Source: the human T2T-CHM13v2.0 reference genome, Homo sapiens
Assembly (NCBI RefSeq): GCF_009914755.1
Contig: NC_060936.1
DNA length: 64,000 bases
Direction: 5' to 3' (one strand)
Shown: positions 16,221 through 30,700 of the stretch, piece by piece
Layout: each line of letters opens with the position of its first letter
Numbering within the stretch: position 1 is the stretch's first letter
Position numbers and translations under genes: made by a program
Notes under the pieces: generated by a model
Databases searched by the model: none
What the model saw: only the letters and a program-made list of their open reading frames with translations
What the model was told of the DNA's origin: nothing

Positions 16221-18524
16221 CCAAGAAAAACAAATATTCAATTAACAAATGGAAAGTTGTCCCACTTCCAAACAGTTGTTTTTTGTCTATCATTGTTGAT
16301 AGGGGTGTGGGATACAATTACTGTCAGGCATTTTTGGTGTGAAGGTGAAATTGGTACAACCCTATTTACCAAAATTTAACATATGCATTAGCCTTTGCCC
16401 CACAGCTGTCTCATTTCCGAGGCATATACCCTAAGGAAAATAAGGGATTCATAAGGATACTATTTGCCACCTTTTTTAAAAATAATGCTTCTAGAAACAA
16501 GTGTCCATCACTAGGACACTAGTTAAGAAAATTATGATTGGTACATGCAATGGAATACTCTTGACCCATTAAAAACTGATGGAAAGTTCTTTATTTGCAT
16601 TAAAGTATGTCCAAAAAATATAGTTTCCCCTCAGGAAAAAAAAAGCAGAATGTAGTTTAGCAAGTACAGTGCTGTCCTAATGTGAATATATGTGTGTACA
16701 TATGTTAATATAAGTGTACAAAAATATCTGGAAGAAGGTCAGTCAAAATACAAGTGTTTTACATTTTGTCTTTTGGACTTTTTATCTGGTTGGTGTTTTT
16801 TGTAATTTATTATTTTACAAAAACAAAGTTGTGTTTTATGTTTTAATTAAAGCTGTGCCAGTGAAAAGGGAGCCAGTTGACTCTTGACCTTCACAAGTAG
16901 GTAACCATGATGAAGTAACTATGTCTGGGGATCTGAGTCTCAGCTTTTTTGTGTCTATAAATTTGATTATATTCATTTACCTATAGTTGGACAAGCTAAC
17001 CTACCACCTGGACATCATAGTTTTGACTCCCCAAATTGGACTGGGTATCCATTCTATGTGTTCTCTGTGTGCCTGTCATGGTATTTGTCACACTGTACTG
17101 TAATTCCCTCTGTGCCAGTAGATTGTTTGCTCCTGCCATACATATACACATGCACATACATACTTTTTCTGCTATATGTTACACATTTCTTTTGATTTAT
17201 TATTTGTCATCTACATTTGTATACAGAAGTTTTAATTTTCATTAGCCAAAATGCTAATGAAATCACATAGATATTAAAGGGATACTTGGAACAACTTTAT
17301 GCCAATAAATTCAGTAACTTAAGCAAAATGGACAAATTCCTAAAAAAATAAATAAATAAATTACCAAAAATGACACAAAAGAAGGAAAAGAAAATCTAAA
17401 TGTTTCAGTGTCTGTTAAAAAAATTGAATTTATAAGCAAAACACTTGCCACAAAGAAAACTCCGGGCAGATGACTGCACCAGTGAATTTTATCAGACATT
17501 TAAGGGGGACAAAGTACCAATCCTACACCATTTCAGGAAACAGAGCAGGGAGAAATACTTCTATACTCATTTTATGAGGCAAGCATAATCATGCCAAATT
17601 ATTTTTCCTGATACCAAAATTTGACATTTTGCAAGAAAATTATAGACTGATAGTCCTCATGAATATATATATATATATAAATTCTTAAGTATTAGCAGAT
17701 TGAACTTGCAATATAGAGGATTACATACCATGACCAAGGAGAGTGAACTTAACATTGAAAAATCAGTGTAATTCATCACATTAACAGAACAAAAGAGAAA
17801 AAAAATTGTTTCAATAAATGCAGAAAAAGGATTTGACAAAATTCAAAGCCCATTAATGTTTTAGAAAAAAAAAAAAAACCAACTCTAAGCAGCCTAGGAA
17901 TAGAAGGGAATTTCCTCAATGATTTGAAAAAGTTAATGGTGAAATATTAAATCATTTTCTCCTAAGATCAGGAATAACAAATGTAAGACAAGAATTTTCT
18001 GCTCTCACCGCTTCTATTTAGGAAATTGGAGGCCCTAATCAATGCAAAAAAGCAATAAGAAAAAGCGTAAAGACTGGGAAGACTCAGATATCCTGATTTC
18101 AGAACTCGCTATGAAGCTACAGTAATCAAGATAGTACTATACTCTTATAAAGATAGGAGTACAGATCAATGGAATATAATTGAGTCCAGCAATAAAGCCT
18201 TATATTTATGGTCAGATGACTTTCAGCAAAACACCAATACAACTCAATTGGAGAAAGAGTAGTCTTTTCAACAAATGGAACTGGTAAAACTGGATAGCCA
18301 CATGAGGAAAAAAATTAAATTGGAACTCTACCTCACACCATTTATGACTATTAAGATGAACCAAAGATCCGAACACAAGAGCTAAAATTATAAAACTCTT
18401 AGAAAAAAATATAACTAAATCCTTATCACCTTGAATTAGGCAGTGGCTTCTTTGATGTGACAAAAAGCACAACCAAGGGAAAAATGAATGCATTAAAATT
18501 AAAACATCAAAATCAAAACCTTTA

Positions 18525-18921
<397 letters not shown>

Positions 18922-19793
18922 TCAGAATATAAAGAACTCATAATTCAACAATAAAAATCCAATTTAAAAATGGACAAAGGATTTCAATAAACATCAAAGA
19001 AGATATACAAATGGCCATAAGCACATGAAAAGATGCTCAATGTAATTAGTCATTAGGGAAATACACATCAAAACCAGGTGATACCACTTCACTAGGATGG
19101 CTGTAATTTTTTTAACGAATGGACAAGAACAAGTGTTAGGACATGGAGAAATTGGAACCCTCATACTCTGGTGATGGGAATTAAAAATGTTGCCACTACT
19201 TTGGGAATAGTTTGGCAGTTCCTCAAGAGGTTAAACATAAGTTTACCATATGACCCAGCAATTTCACTCTTAGATATATACCTATGTAAATTGGAAAATA
19301 CATTCACTCAAAAACTTGTGCACAAACGTTCATAGCAACATTATTCATAATGACCAAAAGTAGAAACAACACAAATGCCCATCAACTGGTGAATGAATGA
19401 ACAGACTATGGTGTATCCATACAATGGAATACTATTCAGCCATTAAAAGGAATGAACTACTGATTCATGCTACAAATTGATGAACCTTAAACACATTATA
19501 TGCTAAGTGAAAGCCACATTTTATATAATTCCATTTATATGAAATGTCAATAATGGGCAAATCCATAGGGAAAGAAAATAGATTAATAGGGGCTGGGGAC
19601 TGGGACAGTGGAGATTGACTGCTAGTAAGTATGGAGTTTATATTTGGAATGATGAAGATATCCTGAAGTAAAATAGTGGTGATGGTTGTACAACTTTCTG
19701 AATATGCTAAAAATCACCAAATTATATGCCTTAAAAGTGAATTTTATGGCATGTGAATCAAATCTCAATTTTTAAAATGGGAAGGAATAAGTA

Positions 19794-20408
19794 CAGTTGT
19801 TCCCCCTTATCTGCTGGGGATACATTCCAAGACCCCCAGTGGAAACCTGAAACAATGGATTGTGCCAAACCCTATATACACTCTATTTTTTTTCTATGTA
19901 TACATACCTATGATAAAGTTTAATTTATAAATTAGGCCCAGTAAGAGACTAACAACAATAATGAAATAGAACAGTTATAACAATATGCTGTAATAAAAGG
20001 TATGTGACTGGTCTCCCAAGATACTGTACTATTCTTGCAATGATGTGAGGTGATAAAATACCTACATGACAAGAGGAAGTAAAGTGAATGAGGTAGGCAT
20101 TGTGACATAGTTTTAGGCTACTATGGACCTTGAACACCAGCATCATAATAATGATGATCTTATAACCAAGTTGGCTACTAAGTGACTAACAGGTGGGTAG
20201 CATATACAGCATGGATATACTAGACAAAGAGATGATTCCAGGCACGATGGAACAGAGTAGCATGAGATTTCATCATGCTACTCAGGACAGCCCGCAATTT
20301 AAAACATGAATTATTTCTAGAATTTTCCATTTAGTATTTTTGGACCAAGGTTGACCACAGGTAACTGAAACCACAGAAACCGAAACTGCAGGTAAGGGGA
20401 GACTATTG
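19794..20408 (-). mobile_element. MER44-type (Tigger7-derived) DNA transposon
   Basis: Inverted termini cagttgttcccccttat / gtaaggggagactattg flanked by TA on both sides. Confidence 0.8.
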
Positions 20409-20480
20409 TAAAATTATATTCACAGACAATATGATTGTGTGCATACAAAACCCTATGGAATATATAAAAAAGGTAAGAGA

Positions 20481-20806
<326 letters not shown>

Positions 20807-20981
20807 TCATTTAACAAGTGATAAGATACATGCTCAGTATAGCAAAAATCAATTCTATATACTAGCAATAGAAAGTGGAATTGTAAACAATACCATTTAT
20901 AATGTATCCAGAAACATCTGAAACCTTGGAATAAACTTAACACAAGATGTGCAAGATCTCTGTATTGAAAAACAATAAAAT

Positions 20982-21338
<357 letters not shown>

Positions 21339-21429
21339 TTATATTCATGGATGGGAACACTCAGTAATATTATCCTGTCTATTCTTCCTAAATTGATTTG
21401 TGGATTTTCCATATCAGAATTCCAGCAGG

Positions 21430-21590
21430 TTAAGGAATAAAAAACTATGCATTGAGTACAGTGTATACTACTAGGTTGATGGTTGCACCAAAATCTAATA
21501 AATCACCACTAAAGAACTTATCCATGTAACAAAAACCACCTTTTTCCAAAAACTATTGAAATAAAAATACAAAATTATCTCACAAAAAAA
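21430..21590 (+). mobile_element. Severely 5'-truncated L1PA/PB 3'-end insertion
   Basis: L1P tail motif (tgcaccaaaatc...aatcaccactaaagaacttatccatgtaac...gaaataaaaa); TSD-like aattccagcagg / aatccagcagg. Confidence 0.75.
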
Positions 21591-23380
21591 AATCCAGCAG
21601 GCTTTTTTTTTTAGGACAAAATCCAAAATTTATGTGAAAAAATGAAGGATCTAGAATAGCCAAAATAATCTTTAAAAAGAACAAAATTGGAAGACATACT
21701 ACCTGATTTCAAGCCTTTTATAAAGTTATAGTAATCAAGACTGTTATTTCCAAAGGATAAACTAGTAGTTAAATAGAACAGATTAAAGTCTAAAAATAGA
21801 TCTATACATATAAAGTCATTTCATTTTTGACCAAGGCATCAAAGCAATTCAATAAGAAAAAAAATTGATTAATAAATATTACTAAAACAACTGTATAACT
21901 ATTTAGGGAAAACAAAAAGAACTTCAACCTTTCATCTCCATACCCAGAAATTCAAGATGCCTCCTAGGCCTAACATAAAACCAAGATCCATAAAACTTCT
22001 AAAAGAAAACAGAAGAATCTCTTAATAACCTTGGAGTAGGCAGATATTTATTGCATGAGACATAAAAAACACTAACCATAAAAAGAAAAAAATTGAAAGA
22101 TTGGAGTTTATTGAAATACTTGCTCTTCAAAGTTACCATTAAGCTACAGACTGGGAAATATTCACTACATATGTATCTGGCAAAGGACTTCTACAAGCTA
22201 ACAATAAAAATAGTTATTAACAATAACTCATTTAAGCTAATAGCAAAGACATGAACTTTCCCTTCATGAAAGATATACAAATGGTTAATAAATACATTTA
22301 AAAATTCCTGAATATCTGTCACAGATGATAAGATCTTGAAGAAAATCCTAAAGATTTCACAAAACAGAACTAATGAATGAATTCAGAAAGTAGCAGGATA
22401 CAAAGTCAACACACAAAAATCAGCTCTTACTATTTATACACTAACAACAATCTGAAAAGAAAATTCCAAAAGTATCATTTTGATGTATGATAACATCAAA
22501 AAGAATAAAATGCTTAGGAATTAACCAAGGAGGTGAAAGACTTACACATGCAAGCTACAAAACATTGCAAAATAAATTAAAGAAGATATAAATAAATGGA
22601 AACACATCTATGTTCATGGATTGGAGCAGTATTAAAATGTCAATACTGTATGAAACAATCAACACATTATGCAATCCTTATTAAAATCCCAATGACAATT
22701 TTTGCAGAAATGGAAAAATCATCCTAAAATTCATATGGAATCTCAAGGGAACTGAAATAGTCAAAACAATCTTGAAAAAAGAACAAGGCTCAAGTACTCA
22801 CACTTACTGATTTCAAAACTTACTACAAAGCTATAGTAATTAAAACAGTGTAGTATTGGTGTAAAGACAGACATAGACCAATGAAATAGAATGGAGAGCC
22901 TAAAAATAAACTCCCTCATTTATGATCAAATAGTTTTTGATAAGGGTGCCAAGACCATTCAATGGGGAAAGGACAGTCTTTTCAACAAATAGTGCTGGGA
23001 AAACCAGACCCAGAATGAAGTTGAACCCTTACCCAACACCATATACAAAAATTAACTCAAAATGGATAAAAGACATAAACATAAGACTTAAAACTATAAA
23101 ACTCTTAGAAGAAAACACAGAACAAAAGCTTCATAGCATTGGATTTGACATTGATTTCTTGGATATTAAACCAAAGGCCTAGGCAACAAAAGAAAAAATA
23201 GACAAATTTCACTTTATGAAAATTTTAAAATTTTGTATATCAGATGACACTATCAACAGAGTAAAAAGGCAAGCCACAGAACAGGAGAAAATATTTTCAA
23301 GTCATATCTGATAAGTGATTGATATTCAGAATATATAGAGAACTCCTAACAAAGAATACAATTTTAAAATGGGCAAAGGA

Positions 23381-23680
<300 letters not shown>

Positions 23681-24160
23681 GGCAAGGGACACGAATAGAC
23701 ATTTCTCCAAAGAAAATATACAAATGGCCAATAAGCATATGAAAAAATGCCCAATTTAACTAATCATTAGGATGCAAATCAAAAGTATAATGAGACACCA
23801 CCTCACACTCATTAGGGTGGCTACTATTTAAAAAAAATATTAGCAAGGATGTGGAAAAATTGGAATCCTTGTGCACTGTTGATGGGAATTAAAATAGTAG
23901 AGCCATTACAGAAAACAGTATGGAGGCTCCTCAAAAAATTAAAAATAGAGTTATATAATCTAGCAATTCCATTTATGGGTATATACCTAAAATAATTGAA
24001 AATACGTCTCTCCATACTCAGAAATGGAGCTAGAAAAAAAAGAGATTTGCACACCCATGTTCACAACCAGCATTATTCACAATAGCTAAAATGTGGAAAC
24101 ATCACAAGTCTCCATCCACAGATAAATGAATGAGCAATATAGTATATACATACAATAGAA

Positions 24161-24635
24161 CAGTGGTCCCCAACCTTTTTGGCACCAGTTTCGTGGAAGA
24201 CAATTTTTCCACAGATTGATGGGTGGGGGGGTGGTTTCAGGATGATTCGGGCACATTACATTTGTGTATTTTATTTCTATTATTACACTGTAATATGAAA
24301 TAATTATACAACTCACCATAATGTAGAATCAGTGGGAGCCCTGAGCTTGTTTTCCTGTAACTAGATGGTCCCATCTGGGGGTGATGGAAGACAGTGACAG
24401 ATCATGATTCTCATAAGGAGCATACAACCTCGATCCCTCACATGCACAGTTCACAACAGGGTTCGCACTCCTATGAGAATCTAATGCCGCCGCTGATCTG
24501 ACAGGACGCAGCGCTCAGGCGGTAATGTGAGCGATGGGGAATGGCTGTAAATACAAATGAAGCTTTGCTTGCTCACCTGTTGCTCCCTGCTTTGCAGCCC
24601 AGTTCCTAACAGGCCATGGAATGGTACTGGTCCAT
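24161..24635 (+). mobile_element. MER1A-like (hAT-Charlie) transposon, right terminus missing
   Basis: Starts cagtggtccccaacctttttggcacca; MER1 internal motifs (gattctcataaggagc, ctatgagaatctaatgccgccgctgatctgacagg). Confidence 0.85.
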
Positions 24636-25884
24636 ATTATTCCACTTATCTGAGATACTTAAAGGAGTCAAAAGTACAGAGACAGTAGAATGGTGTTTGC
24701 CAGGGGCTGGTGGGGTGGGGGATCTGGGGAGTTACTGCTTAATGGGTATAGTTTCAGTTTTACAAGATAAAGAGAATTCTGGAGATAGATGCTGGTGATG
24801 GTTGCACATTTATGAATGTACAGTGTTTAATACGATGGAACTGTACACTACAAAATGGTTTTTATGTTATGTGTATTTTAACACAACAAAAAAATGGAGG
24901 AAGTACTTAATATCTTTGATCATCAAGGGAATGAAAATTAAATCTACAGAGGACTTCATTTCACAGACATTCCAAGGTGCTGAAATAAAGTGTAGTAGCC
25001 CAAACATTAACAAAGATGTGAAACAGCTGGAACTTACACATTGCTGATGTGAGTGTAAAATACTTTGGAAAAGTACTTGGCAATTTCTTTTCATTGTACT
25101 TTCATCTACCTTATTCATGGCTCATCAATTTCACTTAGTTACCCAAGAGACACGAAAATGCAACTTCACAAGAAAACTTACACAAAGAATGTTTAGAGCA
25201 ACCTTATTCATAATAACCAAAAACTAATAACCTAAATGTATATCAACAGGAAAACAGATACAATTTAAAAATGATATATATTCTTACAACGGAATACAAC
25301 TCAGCAATACAAAGGAACAAACTGCTGGTATACCTGACAACATGAGTAAGTCTCACAAATATTTTGATAAACAGAAGAAGCCAGGCACAACAGAATACAA
25401 ACCGTATTGTTCTATTTGCATGAAATCCAAGAAAGACCATCTAGTTTTAGAAATTTCTAAGTGGTTATAGGGGACAGTGATTGAAAGGAGTCCAAGGGAA
25501 CTTTCTAAGATGATAGATTATATTTTGTTTCAAGTGGTAATTACACAGGATATACAGTTGTCAAAATTCATCAAATTGAGTAAGATATGTGTATTTTATT
25601 CTGTTAATTATACCACCATAAAACATATTTTAAAGTGCTAATAGAAATACTTTTCTATTCACTGAAATACTAATGTTTGCTAGCAAGAGAACTCTTTTCC
25701 TTATATCAAGATAACCCAAGAAATCAGACTAGTAATCAGAAAGTTGGTGCACTCATACTCGGAGCAAGGGAAAGGTCCTAGGGATAAATCCAAACTGCAA
25801 AAAAATTTAATCAGCTCTCAAACAATAACAAATGGGTTACTCTACTATGGCAGATAAATGAAATAAATAATTGCTATGAATTAA

Positions 25885-26317
<433 letters not shown>

Positions 26318-27705
26318 AAGTTTAAGCTTTAAATGAAAAAAAGTACGGACATTTGGAGTATTTGTGCAAGAAACAGAATGCTTTAGGATAAGGAATTCTT
26401 ATAAACGGTAGGCATTCCAGTATTGCATTTCCTTTAATACTTTGTTGCCAGAGCCAGAAATAATGTAAGAAGAATAAGCTTGTATTTCAGAATGTCAAGG
26501 AAAAAAAGTTATATGTCATATGGCTTGGTGGTAGACAAACCTATTTTTGTCTTAAAATTTCATATACCTTCTCCTTTAATTATCTCTTCTTTCCTCCTTT
26601 CCTTTTTCTTTTTCATCATTCTACTTTTATTTTCTTTCCTTCTCTTTCATCTTTTCTTTTTCTCTCCTTTTTTCTTCTTCTAGACCGTATTTCTTAGCCT
26701 TGTTTTCATAATTGATCCCCTAAGCAGCCATTTTAGACACCACTTTCCTCATTGCTCCTCCCACCCCCATGAAATCTTAAATCACAGATATACTGTATGT
26801 CTGTTTATGTACTGTGGCTCTTTGGAGGGCCAAGGACCATTGTAATATCTAAGGTTTTTTGCCCCCTTGAGGGGTGATATCTCCCCATTAAAAATAACAT
26901 GTTCCAACTAATGAGTTCTTTGAGGGGAAGGATCATGTCCTGTTTACCATTGTATGCCTTGTGCTTAATATAATGCTTGGCACACAGTAGGCAATCAGTA
27001 AATAAATGTATTAGATGAATATTTATTGAATTAAAGTGAAAATGGTCTCTGCTGTAAACTCATCAAACAACTAAACAGCTAAAATTCTTGAATCTTTTTT
27101 AGACAATACTGTCTACCACTTATACTCCACAGTACCTCCGCATTTGAAGATTGTCTTCCTGAGACTATATCCATGTGACTTGATGGAATCTTGGAAAGCA
27201 CCTTGATCACAAAAGTAATAAATTCAAAGCCAAGTCCAAGGGTGAGTTACTTATACAGATGGCTAATTTTATCTACCATATACTGATTTTTTTTCCTAGC
27301 ATCACTTTCAGAAGGTGATCATTTCCTAAATTTTTCTCTGAATTGAGGCTTGCAGCCTCTTTGATACTTACAACTCACTATTCAAAACTTATCAGTTCCA
27401 GTTGACGTGCAAGAATTGGATTAGGGAATGAGTAGAAGGTGACGGCACTATAGGAAAGGAGAAAATAAATAGAGGAAGTCATTAAACTTCTCTGTTCCTT
27501 AATTTTTCTTTATCTGTAAGACCTCTTCTAGCTCTAAAATTTGTGATCTTGATTTATTCTCTGAGTGAGTGGTTCTCAATAGAAACATTTTATTAAAGAA
27601 ATCAGTGGAGGGTGTCATCAGTTGCCTCAAGATTGGAAGGACAGTGCTGCCAGCCTTTGTGGGAGAGGCCAGGGATGCTAGACATCCTACTGTAAATGGG
27701 ACTTT

Positions 27706-30700
27706 GGTCAGTTCAGGTCCACAGAGAAGCAGACACCAAGACAGACATAGAAGAGATGGATTGGGGGAAATGGCTGTAGGGAAGAGGAAGCAGTTAGCAG
27801 GCAGAGTTTGAGACTGGGATGCAGATCTGACACCCATGTCAATGTCATGAGAAGAGGGAGGTGGATTCAGTAGGAACAGCCTTAGATTATAATAACAGCT
27901 CTAGGAATGTCTTGGCCAGGCCAATAGGGAGCCACAGAGCAAAGACTGACCATTTGAGGGGGTTCCAATTTGACCAGATGTGGCCTGGCTCTATTACCCC
28001 TGCTGTGCTCAGCCATTGAGGAAGTTTGGGTAGGGTAAGGCCAAATCATAAATGCCATGATGAATCTCCAAGGAATAATACTAGAAGACTGTCAGCTAGC
28101 TACAGTCCTCACAGCAGGTTCTCTCTCTCTCTCTCTTTCTCTCTCTCTCCATCTCTCTCTCTTTCTCTTTAAAGCAAAACAAAAATGATACTTTACTGAG
28201 ATACTTTTGCTTGTAAAGCAGGAGAACAAGATGATATACATAAGTCATAACATGTCAAGACATGCCAAGGTGATGATTTTGATGTTTTCTTTATCTTTTT
28301 CTTTTATCTTTTTTTAATCCAGGTTAAAGTTGGACACAAAATGAGAAGTTTGGGGAGATAAGGCTTGGGAGTTGAGATCCTGCATGGAAAACAAGATGAA
28401 TTAACTTCCCAGGCTGCGTAAGTGTTCACATTTTGTATCGAATTATAGCAGATTTGTTTCTTCTTTTGACCTCAAAAACCGTTTGGAAACCTTAGGGAAA
28501 CTTCATGGCATCTTTTCCATTTTGCTGATGGTTGTCAGGAGGGATAGCACCAGACCTTAACAGAGGTGGCTTCACCTTGCCTAGAGCATCAATAATCTTA
28601 TCACAGATTCACCCCTGTTCTTTCTCGTTTAGACTCTGAGGGTCCCACTTCATTGTCAATTTCATTTGCAGTCACAGGTTTAGCATAACAGCTAACCTTA
28701 TTTTTAGTTGATGATCTGGAACCCTTCACCTGACTTACAGGCAAACTCTTGTGTATTTTTTGTTAGAAAATCTTCATATCGCCATTAGCAAATGCTGTAC
28801 TAGTTTGATTACTTGGCCATTAGCTGCTTCTCAATAGGCCAGGTTGGGAGGCATTTTCTTGGCATTTTTGTTTTGTATCTTGAGTTTTGGAGGTGAATCA
28901 CTGCCATTTTTAATGGATGCTGGAGGCATTTTGTCAAAGGATTCCTTTTTGGTTCCTTCATCTTTGTCATCTGCTTCATCTTCATCAGTATTATTTCCTG
29001 ATATTTCTGTAACTTTAGAAGCATTTTCATCTATATTGTCTTCTTCATGGTTTCCTCAACTCTATTTTTCCTTTCTAGTCCTTCCAGCAGGTTCTCTGTT
29101 GAACCTCTCATGTTCTGGGAGTAGCTTTTCTGATTCCTCTGGACCTCACTTCTTGAGGGAAAACTTAGACAAAGGGGGTTATTGGGACAAACCATAATCC
29201 CTGTCACTCAGTTGGTTTCAAAGCTGCAACTGCTACTTATCTTCCTCTTCCATACCAATTTCAAGTTCTCCTCTCCTTCAGCAGTCACTTCCACAGATCT
29301 TAGTGGTGTAACCTGGGTGTGACCCAAATCCTCATTCCTGATGAGAAATATATATTTATTGGCAATTACACATACCTCATGTGATTGTTGTACATGTCCT
29401 TCCACAGTTACAAGTAAGTCTCAAAAGACTCCCAAGTGGATCACCTAGGGGCTACATATTTTTCTCTGCCCATTGTGTAAAAGAAGCCCTTCTGCTTCCT
29501 GTTGATCTAGGTCAGTTACCCCTGCCAAGATGGGGATTCCTCTTCCTGCCTGCTGGCACCTTGACACAAAGGGTCCAAAATGCCCAAACAGTTGCCATAG
29601 CTTGTAGTTCAGTGGGACCTTCCTTGCATTTCCTGGCAAGAATTCACCCCACTTTGGGGACCAGGACTTCTAAACCTTCAAAACCCAGAGTTGCAGGAAC
29701 AGAAAGCACAAAGTTCCCCGATGAGTCGTTTGGGTGGATGGTAAGTAGGGCCACTTCTTCTTCCTCTGCCTTTTTCCTGGACCCATGTATTCTTCCTATT
29801 AGGGACAGTGCCTTTAGAGCTCCCTGATTTAGTATATATACTGATCTTGAAAAGTGGCACTCTGTTCTTGCAGAATATTGCCTCCAAATCGGCACTCCAG
29901 CTGCACCTTCAGTAGGTTGCCCAGTGCTCTATCAGGCTGGCTGCTCCAGATGGTGCAGTATGTGATAAAACCAGTAGATCCCTTAGTCATTAGTTCATAC
30001 TCATACCACCTTTACTATGAAATGGATCCCCTGTTTGGATCCTGTGTTGAGTTGGATACTATACCTGTGGATCAGGCCTTCTTTAAGCCTCTAGATAGTG
30101 GTATGGGCTGTGGCTCTGAAGCCAAGAAAGGCAAACCCATACCCAGAATAAATATGTATCCCTGTAAGGATAAACTGCTGGCCACTCCAGAATGGAAAGG
30201 GCACAGTGTTGTTGACTTGCCACCAAGTGGCTGGTTTATCTTCTCAAGTAATAATGCCATATCAGGGACTCAGGGTTGGTCTCTGTTGCTGGCAAATTAG
30301 ACCTTCAGAGACAAGTAGGTATATTGGCCTTGGTAAGTAGGAATTCATGCTCTTGGGCTCATGTGTAGCCTTCATCTCTGCACTCACAGTAGGCAGACTT
30401 ACATGTTGCCTACATGTGAACCAAAGCAGTATTCCTAGGTATGGAATTCATTGCTTCCAGAACCCAAAAAGGCCCACCAGGCATTGGGCTTCATTATAGT
30501 AGGAGATGCAAGATGCAGAAATTTGCCTTTTATCCTGGAGGGGATGTCTCCACAGGCCACTGACTACTGGACCTTGAAAAAACTTTACGGAAGTCACAAA
30601 TTCTTGAATCTTCTTAAAAGTGTATCTCCCACTCTCTGGATACATGTCTTACCAAGACCTCTAGTATACAAGCCACATCTTGCTCATCATGCTCAGTCTG

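Noticed and set aside
28844-29197. 117-aa plus-strand ORF
   Set aside because: Antisense shadow of the purine-rich retrocopy, running into ERV sequence.
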